Shown here: positions 1 to 9,820 of the stretch, piece by piece
Layout: every line of letters begins with the position of its first letter
How positions within the stretch are numbered: the first letter of the stretch is position 1
Assembly (NCBI RefSeq): GCF_965279675.1
Contig: NZ_CBDIIJ010000002.1
Span: 2,229,296-2,293,295 of the forward strand
From: Mucisphaera sp.
Lineage (GTDB): Bacteria; Planctomycetota; Phycisphaerae; Phycisphaerales; Phycisphaeraceae
DNA: 64,000 bases
Reading direction: 5' to 3'
Program-made: the position numbers and the translations under genes
Notes under the pieces: model-generated
Told to the model about the DNA's origin: nothing
What the model saw: only the letters and a program-made list of their open reading frames with translations
Database searches by the model: none

Positions 1-1451
1 CTGTCGTCCTTACCACCGGCACCTTCATGCGTGGGCTCATGCACACCGGCCAGAGCCAGACATCCGGCGGCCGCGTCGGCGAAAAACCCGCTGTTGGCAT
101 CTCCCTGACGCTTCAGCGCCTCGGTTTCGAACTCGCTCGCCTCAAGACCGGGACCCCGCCGAGACTCCATGCCGATTCCATCGATCTCGCCGGCCTCGAA
201 CGCCAGCCGGGCAACGACAACCCCGAGCCCTTCTCGGATCTCACCAGGCATCCGCTCGCAGATCGTTTGGGCCTTGGCAACCACCCAACCTATGTACGGG
301 TTGCCGCCCGATTCCCGGTGATCGAGCAGCGCGTGTGTTGGATCACCCAGACGACCCCTCAGGTTCACGACGCCATCCGAGCCAATCTCGATCGTGCTCC
401 GATGTACAACGGCCAGATCGAAACGGCCGGCCCGCGTTATTGCCCGTCCATCGAGGACAAGGTCGTGCGTTTCGCCGATCGCACTTCACACCACGTCTTC
501 CTCGAGCCCGAGTCGCTGGAGTCTGACGAGATCTACTGCAATGGTATCTCGACCTCACTCCCAGCAGACGTTCAGGAGCAGGTGGTTCGCGGGATGCCCG
601 GCTGCGAGCACGCGAAGATCATCCGACACGGCTACGCCGTCGAGTACGACATGGTGCCCCCGCATCAGATCGATGCCACCACGATGACCAAACGCTACCC
701 CGGTCTCTTCCTCGCCGGGCAGATCAACGGGACCTCGGGCTACGAGGAAGCCGCCGGCCAGGGATTGATCGCCGGTCTCAACGCCGTCCGCTACAGCCGA
801 GGCGACGACCTCGTGCGTCTCCGCCGAGATCAGGCCTACATCGGCGTGCTCATGGATGACCTGGTCACCAAAACCCCGCGCGAGCCGTATCGGATGTTCA
901 CCTCCCGCGCCGAGCATCGCCTGCTGCTCCGCGCCGACAACGCCTGGGACCGGCTCGCCCCGCTGGCCAGAGACTGGGGCCTGCTCGACAAGATCCATCA
1001 GAAAGCTGCCGACCTGCGTGACCTTGCGAAACAGGAAGCCGCAGAGCTGATCAACCAGAACAGACACAACCGTATCCCTTTCAACCAGTGGATCCGCCGG
1101 CCGGAAATCAACCTCGATCAGGTCGTCGCGGCGATGCAGGAAATATCGGCATCACCGCTGAGTTCAGACCGGCGTATTCTGGCTTCCATCGTGGCCGACA
1201 GCCGCTACGCCGGCTATATCGCCCGCCAGCAACGCGAGATCGAGCAACTCATGGAAGACGAGGCCGCTCAACTCCCCACCGACCTCGACTACACCGCCGT
1301 GGGTGGCCTCCGCACCGAAGCCGCCCTTGCCCTGAACAAGTTCAAGCCCGCCACCATCGGCCAGGCGACCCGAATCGAAGGCGTCAACCCCGCCGACCTC
1401 ATGCTGGTCCGCATCTCACTTACCCGTGGTGGTGCACGCCAGGCGAGCTGA
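1..1451 (+). CDS. mnmG: tRNA uridine 5-carboxymethylaminomethyl modification enzyme MnmG (GidA); 5' end cut by the window edge
   Basis: The frame is open from base 3 (VVLTTGTFMRGLMHTG...). GidA blocks are present: GPRYCPSIEDK, FLAGQINGTSGYEEAAGQG and a C-terminal GQATRIEGVNPAD. Stop TGA at 1449-1451. Confidence 0.93.
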   Translation, partial: VVLTTGTFMRGLMHTGQSQTSGGRVGEKPAVGISLTLQRLGFELARLKTGTPPRLHADSIDLAGLERQPGNDNPEPFSDLTRHPLADRLGLGNHPTYVRVAARFPVIEQRVCWITQTTPQVHDAIRANLDRAPMYNGQIETAGPRYCPSIEDKVVRFADRTSHHVFLEPESLESDEIYCNGISTSLPADVQEQVVRGMPGCEHAKIIRHGYAVEYDMVPPHQIDATTMTKRYPGLFLAGQINGTSGYEEAAGQGLIAGLNAVRYSRGDDLVRLRRDQAYIGVLMDDLVTKTPREPYRMFTSRAEHRLLLRADNAWDRLAPLARDWGLLDKIHQKAADLRDLAKQEAAELINQNRHNRIPFNQWIRRPEINLDQVVAAMQEISASPLSSDRRILASIVADSRYAGYIARQQREIEQLMEDEAAQLPTDLDYTAVGGLRTEAALALNKFKPATIGQATRIEGVNPADLMLVRISLTRGGARQAS

Positions 1452-1492
1452 CCGCTGGCGAGCGCGACTGCGTTTTGACTTATAGTTTGGCC

Positions 1493-3010
1493 ATGCCCAA
1501 TCCGTCCAGCCAGAACTGTCTGCTTGTGATATTCGGCGCCTCAGGCGACCTCACCAAGCGCAAGCTCATCCCCGCGCTGTTTACGCTCTGGCAAAACGGC
1601 AATCTCCCTGAACGCTTCGCCGTAGTCGGTATCGCCAGAACCGACTATTCCGACCAGGCCTATCGCGACGAGCTCTACGACTTCGATCCAAAGGCCTACG
1701 GCGAAGACCGAGCCAAATGGCAGGAGTTCTCCTCCCGAGTCCGCTATATCGCGGCTGACTCCACACAGGACGAAGCCTGGTCCGAAATCGAAAGAAGCCT
1801 CTGCCAGCTCGCGCAGGAAGTCGGCACCGGCGACAACATCCTCTTCTACCTATCACTGGCTCCCCAGTTCTTCGAGCCGGTCATCAAGAACATCGGCCGC
1901 TCAGGCCTCGTCACCGAGGGCCGCCGTTACTGCTCCCTCGGTGCCGACAAGCCCTGGCAGCGCATCGTGATCGAGAAGCCCTTCGGCTCCGATCCATCCT
2001 CCGCCGCCAGCCTGAACCAGACACTCGCCGAAGTCTTCGACGAATCAGTCATCTACCGCATCGATCATTACCTCGGCAAAGAGCTGGTCCAGAACATGCT
2101 GGTTCTCCGATTTGCCAACTCGCTCTTCGAGCCCATCTGGAACCAGCAATACGTCGATCACGTCCAGATCACCGCCTCCGAGACCGTCGGTGTCGAGGGT
2201 CGCGGCTCCTACTACGACTCCCCAGCAGGCGGGGCCATGCGCGACATGGTCCAGAGCCACCTGCTCCAGGTGCTCTCGGTCATCGCGATGGAACCGCCTG
2301 TGAGCCTCGATGCCGCAGACATCCGTACCGAGAAGATCAAGATCTTCAAAGCCCTCCGCGTGCCCAAGGCCGACGATATCCCCAACATCGCTGTCCGCGG
2401 CCAGTACGGAGCCGGTCAGGTCAACGGCAAGTCGGTCATCGCCTACCGAGATGAGAAAGGCGTCGATCCCGAAAGCCAGACCGATACCTTCGCCGCGATG
2501 AACGTCTCGGTCGATACCTGGCGCTGGGGTGGCGTGCCCTTCTACCTCCGTTCCGGCAAGGCCATGGCTCGCAAGCAGACCGAGATCGCCATCTACCTCA
2601 AGCCCACGCCCCACGTCCTGTTCCGTGAACAGGCCCGCAAGCTCAAGGCCAATCAGATCCTGATCTCGATTCAGCCCAATGAAGGCATCCGCCTGCGTTT
2701 CGAGGGCAAGGTCCCGGGGCTGGGTCTCCAGATCAAAGACGTCGTCATGGACTTCGACTACGTCAAACAGTGGGAGGCCTCCCCGCCCGATGGCTACGCC
2801 ACCCTGCTGCACGACTGCATCCGAGGCGACCAGACCCTCTTTAAGCACCGCGACGAGATCGAGTGCGCCTGGGACGCCGTCCAGCCCGTCCTCGACTACT
2901 GGTCGGAAAATCCTCAGGACGACCTGCCCAACTACAACGCCGGTACCTGGGGACCCTCCAGCGCCGACATCATGATGGCCAAAGACGGCCGCTACTGGCA
3001 CAACCTCTAG
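1493..3010 (+). CDS. zwf: glucose-6-phosphate 1-dehydrogenase
   Basis: ATG at 1493 gives MPNPSSQNCLLVIFGASGDLTKRKL (GASGDL NADP motif). The RIDHYLGKE active-site motif is present. The longer ORF 1088..3010 has an Arg/Pro-rich N-terminus overlapping mnmG, which I take as non-coding. Confidence 0.93.
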   Translation: MPNPSSQNCLLVIFGASGDLTKRKLIPALFTLWQNGNLPERFAVVGIARTDYSDQAYRDELYDFDPKAYGEDRAKWQEFSSRVRYIAADSTQDEAWSEIERSLCQLAQEVGTGDNILFYLSLAPQFFEPVIKNIGRSGLVTEGRRYCSLGADKPWQRIVIEKPFGSDPSSAASLNQTLAEVFDESVIYRIDHYLGKELVQNMLVLRFANSLFEPIWNQQYVDHVQITASETVGVEGRGSYYDSPAGGAMRDMVQSHLLQVLSVIAMEPPVSLDAADIRTEKIKIFKALRVPKADDIPNIAVRGQYGAGQVNGKSVIAYRDEKGVDPESQTDTFAAMNVSVDTWRWGGVPFYLRSGKAMARKQTEIAIYLKPTPHVLFREQARKLKANQILISIQPNEGIRLRFEGKVPGLGLQIKDVVMDFDYVKQWEASPPDGYATLLHDCIRGDQTLFKHRDEIECAWDAVQPVLDYWSENPQDDLPNYNAGTWGPSSADIMMAKDGRYWHNL

Positions 3011-3029
3011 CACCGAACCGGAACCCAAC

Positions 3030-3833
3030 GTGAGCGCGACCGAACTCCAACTTCCAGGCGACCTCTGCATCGCACCCGATACCGACACCCTGTTCGAGCA
3101 CCTCGGCAGGGCCCTGATCGCCAGTGCCGAACGCGCTATCGACCAGCGAGGTGTCTTCCACCTCGCTCTCTCAGGCGGGTCCACCCCCGAACCCTTCTAC
3201 ATCCGGCTGATGACCGACCCGACCTTCCGCGGGTTCCCCTGGGAGAAGACCCACATCTGGCTGGTCGATGACCGCCGCGTGCCCTTCCACGACGACAAGA
3301 GCAACTGGAAGATGATCCGCGAAGCCCTCGCCGATCACGTCCCTATGCGCGCCAGCCAGAAGCACCCCATGCCCGTGATGGATCAGGACCCCGCCGCTGC
3401 CTACGAAGCCGAACTCGCAGAAGTCTTTGGCATCGACCCGAGTCCCGGCAAGGCTCCCATCCCTCGCATCGACTTCATTCTCCTCGGCATGGGCGGTGAC
3501 GCCCACACCGCCTCACTCTTCCCCGAGTCCGATGCCATCCAGGTCGACAACCGCTGGATCGTGGTCAACGAGGGCCCCAAAGTCACGCCTCCCGACCGCG
3601 TCACGATGACCTTCCCACTGATCAACGCCGCACGAGCAGTTGCTGTGCTGCTCGCCGGGGCTGGAAAAGCCGAGAAGCTGCAAGAAGTCGCCAACGCCAT
3701 CAACAACGGCCGAGTCGACCTGAACCTCCTGCCGATCACAGGCATCCATCCGGAACGATTCGTCCCCGATACCCTCGAAGGCGAACCCGGCAACCTCACC
3801 TGGTTCCTCGACGAGCCCGCGGCAGGGCGGTAG
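3030..3833 (+). CDS. pgl: 6-phosphogluconolactonase
   Basis: GTG start 19 nt after the zwf stop. Motifs LALSGGSTP and LLGMGGDAHTASLFP. Classic zwf-pgl arrangement. Confidence 0.88.
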   Translation: MSATELQLPGDLCIAPDTDTLFEHLGRALIASAERAIDQRGVFHLALSGGSTPEPFYIRLMTDPTFRGFPWEKTHIWLVDDRRVPFHDDKSNWKMIREALADHVPMRASQKHPMPVMDQDPAAAYEAELAEVFGIDPSPGKAPIPRIDFILLGMGGDAHTASLFPESDAIQVDNRWIVVNEGPKVTPPDRVTMTFPLINAARAVAVLLAGAGKAEKLQEVANAINNGRVDLNLLPITGIHPERFVPDTLEGEPGNLTWFLDEPAAGR

Positions 3834-3842
3834 CCGATTGAC

Positions 3843-5255
3843 TCAGACGTCGAAGTACATGCAGAACTCGTACGGGTGAGGTCGCTGTCGCAGCGCATCG
3901 ATTTCATTCTCCCGCTTGTAACGGATCCAGTAACGGATCGTGCTCTCGGTGAACACACCCTCGGGTAGCAGATACTCATGGTCCTTCTCGAGCGCTACCA
4001 GGGCCGATTCAAGGTCTGCCGGTGCCCGCTCCAGCCCCGCCGTCGTCTCTGGTTCGAGGTCGTATACGTTCCGATCCAGCGGTTCACCCGGATCGATCTT
4101 GTTCTTGATCCCGTCGATCGCCGCCATGAGGATCGCCGCGAAGGCCAGGTAGGGATTCGCCGAAGAATCCGGACACCGAAACTCGATCCGCTTCGACTTC
4201 GGATTCTGGTGATACACCGGTATCCGGATCGCCGCCGAGCGATTCCGCGAGGAATAGCACAGGTGTACCGGTGCCTCGAAGCCCGGCACCAGCCGTTTAA
4301 AAGAATTGGTCGTCGGGTTGGTGAATGCCAGCAGCGACGGCGCGTGCTTCAGGATGCCACCGATCGCATACAACCCCAGCTGCGAAAGCCCCGCGTAGTG
4401 ATTGCCGGCAAAAAGCGGCTTACCCTGCTTCCACAACGAAAAATGCGTGTGCATCCCAGAGCCGTTGTCACCCCAAAGCGGTTTCGGCATAAACGTCGCC
4501 ACACGCCCGTGCCGCGCCGCCACCTGCTTCACCGCGTACTTGTACATCATGCACATGTCCGCCATCCGCAGCAGCGGGGCGTAAAGCAGGTCGATCTCCG
4601 CCTGCCCGCCCGTCGCAACCTCATGATGATGCGCCTCAACCGGCAGCCCCATCTCTTTCATCACGGCGCACATCTCCGACCGCAGGTCCGTCATCGAATC
4701 GACTGGCGGGATCGGGAAATACCCCTCCCGCTGACGCACCTGATGCCCGAGATTCGTGGGCTCCCGCTTCCCACGATTCCAGATGCCCTCAGGCGAATCC
4801 ACCGCATAGCTCGCCGCGTTCACCGTCTGGTCGTAGTGCACACTGTCGAAAACGAAAAACTCCAACTCGGGACCAAAAACCGCCTGGTCCGCGATCTTCG
4901 TCTTCTTGAGGTAAGCCTCGGCCTTCTTGGCGATCGATCGCGGGTCTCGCGAGTACTGCTTCTTCGTCACCGGGTCCTTGACGTCACAGATGATCGCCAG
5001 AGTCGGCCTCTCAAGAAAAGGGTCGCGATGCGCCGTGCCCGCCACCGGCATCAGCAGCATGTCCGACTCGTTGATCGCCTGCCACCCCCTGATCGAAGAA
5101 CCGTCGAAGCCAAAACCTTTCGTGAAGGCCTCCTCCACCAGGTGCGTCGCCTCATACGTCACGTGCTGCCAGAGACCCGGAAAGTCCATGAACCGGCAAT
5201 CGACGTACTCGATCCGCTCTTTCTTGATGAGGGCAATCACCTGCTTAGGCGTCAT
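3843..5255 (-). CDS. glnA: glutamine synthetase, type I
   Basis: 470 aa with FDGSSIRGW, KPLWGDNGSGMHTHFSLW and NPYLAFAAILMAA blocks. ATG at 5253-5255 is preceded by GGAG. Confidence 0.95.
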   Translation of the reverse strand: MTPKQVIALIKKERIEYVDCRFMDFPGLWQHVTYEATHLVEEAFTKGFGFDGSSIRGWQAINESDMLLMPVAGTAHRDPFLERPTLAIICDVKDPVTKKQYSRDPRSIAKKAEAYLKKTKIADQAVFGPELEFFVFDSVHYDQTVNAASYAVDSPEGIWNRGKREPTNLGHQVRQREGYFPIPPVDSMTDLRSEMCAVMKEMGLPVEAHHHEVATGGQAEIDLLYAPLLRMADMCMMYKYAVKQVAARHGRVATFMPKPLWGDNGSGMHTHFSLWKQGKPLFAGNHYAGLSQLGLYAIGGILKHAPSLLAFTNPTTNSFKRLVPGFEAPVHLCYSSRNRSAAIRIPVYHQNPKSKRIEFRCPDSSANPYLAFAAILMAAIDGIKNKIDPGEPLDRNVYDLEPETTAGLERAPADLESALVALEKDHEYLLPEGVFTESTIRYWIRYKRENEIDALRQRPHPYEFCMYFDV

Positions 5256-5302
5256 AGCAGCTCCATATCCGTAAAAGGCCAGCGATCCGCAGGCTTCGCA
5301 AC

Positions 5303-6676
5303 TCAGTGACCCACCGCCACCTCGCCCAACCGGGGCTTGAGTTCACCAAGAAGCGTTTCGAGAGTCTCTGCATCTTTCGCTTCCGCATTCAGCCGCAGCA
5401 GCGGCTCGGTGTTGGACGCACGAACGTTGAACCACCAGCCCCTGGTCTTGAAGCAGTCGATGGTCACGCCGTCCAGTTCATCAATCTCGGCCCCGTCCGC
5501 GTGATCCCTCTTTAAACCGGCCAGCACAGCATCCTTGTCTTCCGTGCGGAAGTTGATCTCGCCCGACTGCGGGTACTTCTGATAGGGCTTGATCAGGCTG
5601 CTCAGGGGCTGATCGTTCTCGGCCAGAACACCGAGCGCGACCGCCAACAGGATCGCTCCCGAGTCCGCGAAGTTGTTGCCCTTGAAGTAGAAGTGACCCG
5701 AAAGCTCACCGCCGAACACGCCATCTGTCTCACGCAGAAGAGCTTTCATAAAGACATGCCCAACCCGCGACTTTGCCGGCGTCCCGCCAGCACTCTCGAT
5801 CGCCTCCTGCACCGACTTGCTCGACCGCAAATCGTAGATGATCGTCGACCCCGGATGACTCTTGAGAAAATGGCCGGCCAGCCAGGCCGTCAGGTGATCG
5901 CAGCCGATCGTCGCCCCGTTCTCATCGACCAGCATGCAACGGTCGGCGTCGCCATCGAAGCAGGCCCCCAGATGCGCACCATGCTCACGCACCCCCTCTT
6001 GGGTCGGCACCATGTTCTCTGCAACCAGCGGGTTCGGATCGTGAACGAACGAACCAGTGATCTCAAAGTTCAGCTTAATGATCTCGAGATTCTCCACCCC
6101 ATCAAAAACCTGCGGCACCAGCTTCCCCGCCATCCCATTCGAGGCATCCACAAAGAGCTTGAGCGGACGCTTGAGCTTCGGCAGAAAGCTCTGCACGTGC
6201 TCCCGGTACTCGACCCACAGGTCCATCTCCTCCAAGGAACCAACCGGCTCCGAAGTGCTGCCATGGGCCTCGGCCGCATAGCCCTCGATCGTCTTGAGCC
6301 CCGTATCGGCACCGATCGGCTTGGCCTGGGCCCCCGAAATCTTGAATCCGTTGTATTCAACCGGATTGTGAGAGGCCGTCGTCTGCACGCCACCCACCGC
6401 GTCCAGATGCGGGATCGCGAAATACAGAAACGACGTGTCCGCCATGCCCAGATCCACCACGTCCATCCCGGTCGTGCGGATCCCGTGGATCAGAGCCGCC
6501 GCCAGCTTAGGCGAGTGTGGCCTCATATCCCGCGTTACCAGCACCCGACCCGGTCCGCCATGCTGCTCCTTGAGAAACCGCCCGGCCCCCACACCCACCG
6601 CATAGGCCTCCTTCTCTCCAAGGGGATCCGGGTGGAGGGCACGCACGTCATAAGCCTTGAATATCTTTGGAAACAT
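5303..6676 (-). CDS. phosphomannomutase/phosphoglucomutase (alpha-D-phosphohexomutase family)
   Basis: TASHNP phosphoserine loop, FDGDADR metal loop and GGELSGH sugar loop. I chose the ATG at 6674-6676 (MFPKIFKAYDVR, a typical family N-terminus). The ORF track starts 13 codons earlier at a TTG (6715). Confidence 0.9.
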   Translation of the reverse strand: MFPKIFKAYDVRALHPDPLGEKEAYAVGVGAGRFLKEQHGGPGRVLVTRDMRPHSPKLAAALIHGIRTTGMDVVDLGMADTSFLYFAIPHLDAVGGVQTTASHNPVEYNGFKISGAQAKPIGADTGLKTIEGYAAEAHGSTSEPVGSLEEMDLWVEYREHVQSFLPKLKRPLKLFVDASNGMAGKLVPQVFDGVENLEIIKLNFEITGSFVHDPNPLVAENMVPTQEGVREHGAHLGACFDGDADRCMLVDENGATIGCDHLTAWLAGHFLKSHPGSTIIYDLRSSKSVQEAIESAGGTPAKSRVGHVFMKALLRETDGVFGGELSGHFYFKGNNFADSGAILLAVALGVLAENDQPLSSLIKPYQKYPQSGEINFRTEDKDAVLAGLKRDHADGAEIDELDGVTIDCFKTRGWWFNVRASNTEPLLRLNAEAKDAETLETLLGELKPRLGEVAVGH

Positions 6677-6780
6677 CACTTCTCTCGGTATCTGAAGGTC
6701 AAAAGGGGTCTGCAAACCTCAAATCATATCGCCTGCCCCCATTCACGCAGGTCCATCGCCCCGGCAGGTAGACTTGTGGC

Positions 6781-9700
6781 ATGCAGCGTGTTCTCACCAT
6801 CGCAGCCGCCTCGATCGTGGCCGCCCTGATTCTCTGGTTCGCCCTCACCACAGGTCCGGTCATTACCGAAGACGACCGCCCCAGAACGACCGGCCCCATC
6901 GAGCTGCCGGACGCCTTCGACGGCACGAACCTCCAGGAACTCGACGCCATCACCCCACCCCTCTCCGATCAGGGCACAATCTTTCTGGCTGAACAGCGAA
7001 CCTGGCTCACCTGGACCACGCTGAAGCCCGAGCCCGATGGCATCTTCGAGATCCAGGGTCCCGTTGCTCGCACGGCCCTCGCCGACGGCAGCGTCCTGGA
7101 GATCGTTGCCAACGAAGGCAGCTTCTTCGCCCCCCAGCGACAACCGCGGCATGGCGAATTCAGAGGCGAAGTCGTCATCAACCTCTACCGCACCGAGGCC
7201 GGCGAACCTCCGAAATATGGAGCCGATGACGACGTGCTCGCTCGCGCTTACCTCGACGAGGTACGCTTCGACCTGGAGATTGGCCTGCTCGAAGCCATCG
7301 GCCCGCTGCACCTCACTGGCCCCGCCTTCGACTTCAAGGGCCAGCGCCTGCTGGTCCGCTACAACCAGCTGCTCGATCGACTCGAAGAATTACGGATCGA
7401 CGAGAGCCAGAGCCTGCGCATCAAGTCCGATCAGCTGCTCGCCGATGCGGAAACGTCTTCCGCTTCACCCCCCACAACGACCCCAGACACCGCACCCGCC
7501 TCCACGAACGCAGAACCGACGCAGTCCTATCAATTGACCCTGACCGACATGATTCAGGCGCAAATCATGGGCGATCGTGCCATTTTAACCGGGCAGACCC
7601 TCCAGGCCCTCTTCAGCTTCGAGCGGATCGCGGCCAGCACACCAACCAGCGATCTCTCCGCTTCGCCCACGGCAGCTGAGCAGACACCTCAGCCAGCCGA
7701 AACCACCGTCGCTTTCAACCCTGAAGAAGTCCAGACAGCAGACCGAACCCCAACCGACCGCTCTCTCTGCCCAGTCGAACCCACCGACACGATCATCTCC
7801 TGGCGAGGACCCCTTACGGTCGCGCCAGCAGAAGTCATACCCGGTTTGCCCATGCCCGAGCCCGGTCAGGTCATCGGCCGGTTGCTTGGCAGCAACCCGC
7901 AGGACCCCGCGCTGCTGGTCACCGACAACGCCCGCGTCGCCGCCGACGCCATCGGCTACGACAGCCTGAATCAGACCTTCTGGGCCGAAGCCCTGACCGA
8001 AGCCATCCCCGCCGTGCTCAGAACCGCCGAAGCCGGCACGGTACAAGCCGACCGGCTGGCCTACAGCCTCGAGCTGCGCACCGCAGAACTCGACGGCCCG
8101 GGTGCCTGGGAGGCTGGGCCATCGATCGCAGACGAGCACCCCCACGCCCGCGACATGACTTGGCAAAACCGCCTCACTTTCCAGCTCACAGACACACCGC
8201 AAGGCATCGGCCCGATCGCACAACTGCAGTCCGCTCAGGCAACCGGCTCAGTCAGCCTCAGCCTGGATGAGGGGTATGTCGATACCGAATCGCTGGCCTT
8301 CGTCCGCCAGGAGAACAACCAAGCCCTTTTGATCGCCAGCGAAGGCGTCAACGCCATCTACGCCCCAGCCGACACCAACGAACCCTCAGAGCCCCCGCTG
8401 ACCCTCATGGCCGATTCCGCTCAGATAAGGATTCAGGAGACGGACACCATCCAGCCGCTGGAAGTCGCCGCACAAGGGGCCGCTCGACTCACCCAGGGCA
8501 CCCAGTCAGCAAGAGCCGAATCACTCCGCGCTACCCTCCTCCAGGACCCCTCCAATCCCAATCAGCCCGTGCTCGATCGCATCCTTGCCGCCGGCGATAT
8601 CGTCCTGAGTGACACCGAGGACCGGGTCGAAGCCACCGGCCAGAACCTGACCATCTTCGCCCAGCAGCGAGAGGCCATCCTCCAAGGCGGACAAAATCCG
8701 GAAGACGAATGGGCGTCACTCAGCCGCGCCAACAGCAAACTGGAAGGTCTCTCCATTTCCGGCTGGCAGGATCAGGGGCTACTCGCTGTCGATGGCCCAG
8801 GCCGCGTGACACACACCATCACGCCGCCGCCGTCGACGCAGGCAACACCCGCCTTGCCACCATTGCCGGGACTCGAACCCCGCCAGCCACGCTCGGCCAC
8901 TGAGATCACCCCGCTAACGGACATCCAGGTGAACTGGTCGCAAGGCATGACCTACAACCAGCAAGCCGGACTGGTGCGCGCGCAAGGCGACGTAAGAGGC
9001 CGTCTCGAACGAGGCGACGAGACCGCCACCCTCGCCGTCGATGAAGTCCGCATCGGCCTTGATCCAAATGGCTCACCATCCGCAGACCCGGGTGCCAACC
9101 CACAGGCGATCCGCACGATCCTGGCAACCGGCAACGCCGAGCTCGCCTACGCCCGCCACAATCCGCTGGACGACCGCACCATCCGCACCACACTCCACGG
9201 GCCAACCATCGCCTACGACCGCGACGCAGCCTCCGCCGAAGTCCTTGGCGACGGCTGGCTGCTCTACGAAGCCTTCGGCACACCAGAAAACCTAAACGCG
9301 ACTGACGCCGGCCCGGGTGTCTTCCCGATCGACCTGCAAGCCGGCAACGCCCAGCGAGGGCTCCTCATCTGGAACGACCTGATGACCCTCGATCTCGAAT
9401 CACAACAGGCTCAGGCCGATGGCGGGGTCGAGTTGATGTACGAGGCCAGCAACGAACAACCGATCTTCATCGATGCTCGCAGCATGACAGCTCAGTTCGT
9501 TGGCCTTGCCGCTCAAGATCGAAACGCCTCGCCTGATCTCCGCGAAATCCGAGCCCTGCAGGACGTCCAGATCGTCAACGACCAGCGGCTGATCACGGCC
9601 GATGGCCTAAGCTTCGACACCGCCCTGAGAACCGTCGTGCTCTGGGCCGAAGAAGATGGACTGGTCCGCGAAGCCAGCCCCGACCAGCCAGCAGGGTTTG

Positions 9701-9816
9701 CCGCAAAACGGGTTCGCTGGGTCCTCGATCGCGACGAAGTCGATGTGCTCGAACCCGCACCCGTCACCCTGCCTGTCGGCGATCTGGATCGCCGCCCCAG
9801 CAGATTCCGCCGCTAG
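6781..9816 (+). CDS. large membrane-anchored periplasmic protein, possibly LptC-like N-terminus followed by several OstA/LptA-like modules
   Basis: 1011-aa ORF with typical + strand codon usage. N-terminal TM helix (LTIAAASIVAALILWFAL). Pro/Thr/Ala-rich linkers. Recurrent pattern of the type 'A(D/E)xhxh....hxAxGxVxh...' (e.g. ILAAGDIVLSDTEDRVEATGQNLTIF, ILATGNAELAYARHN, IRALQDVQIVNDQRLITADGLSFD). The family assignment is not verified. Confidence 0.75.
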   Translation: MQRVLTIAAASIVAALILWFALTTGPVITEDDRPRTTGPIELPDAFDGTNLQELDAITPPLSDQGTIFLAEQRTWLTWTTLKPEPDGIFEIQGPVARTALADGSVLEIVANEGSFFAPQRQPRHGEFRGEVVINLYRTEAGEPPKYGADDDVLARAYLDEVRFDLEIGLLEAIGPLHLTGPAFDFKGQRLLVRYNQLLDRLEELRIDESQSLRIKSDQLLADAETSSASPPTTTPDTAPASTNAEPTQSYQLTLTDMIQAQIMGDRAILTGQTLQALFSFERIAASTPTSDLSASPTAAEQTPQPAETTVAFNPEEVQTADRTPTDRSLCPVEPTDTIISWRGPLTVAPAEVIPGLPMPEPGQVIGRLLGSNPQDPALLVTDNARVAADAIGYDSLNQTFWAEALTEAIPAVLRTAEAGTVQADRLAYSLELRTAELDGPGAWEAGPSIADEHPHARDMTWQNRLTFQLTDTPQGIGPIAQLQSAQATGSVSLSLDEGYVDTESLAFVRQENNQALLIASEGVNAIYAPADTNEPSEPPLTLMADSAQIRIQETDTIQPLEVAAQGAARLTQGTQSARAESLRATLLQDPSNPNQPVLDRILAAGDIVLSDTEDRVEATGQNLTIFAQQREAILQGGQNPEDEWASLSRANSKLEGLSISGWQDQGLLAVDGPGRVTHTITPPPSTQATPALPPLPGLEPRQPRSATEITPLTDIQVNWSQGMTYNQQAGLVRAQGDVRGRLERGDETATLAVDEVRIGLDPNGSPSADPGANPQAIRTILATGNAELAYARHNPLDDRTIRTTLHGPTIAYDRDAASAEVLGDGWLLYEAFGTPENLNATDAGPGVFPIDLQAGNAQRGLLIWNDLMTLDLESQQAQADGGVELMYEASNEQPIFIDARSMTAQFVGLAAQDRNASPDLREIRALQDVQIVNDQRLITADGLSFDTALRTVVLWAEEDGLVREASPDQPAGFAAKRVRWVLDRDEVDVLEPAPVTLPVGDLDRRPSRFRR

Positions 9817-9820
9817 TACA

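Noticed and set aside
1088-1492. N-terminal extension of the zwf ORF
   Set aside because: It overlaps the 3' end of mnmG in another frame and is Arg/Pro-rich junk. The canonical Zwf N-terminus (GASGDL) starts right after the ATG at 1493.
3978-5309. 443-aa + strand ORF overlapping glnA (similar ones at 5693..6829, 19296..19865, 54348..55184, 56489..57316 and 59893..60960)
   Set aside because: The translations are Arg/His/Pro/Leu-rich and antisense to well-supported - strand genes. They are artefacts of the skewed composition.
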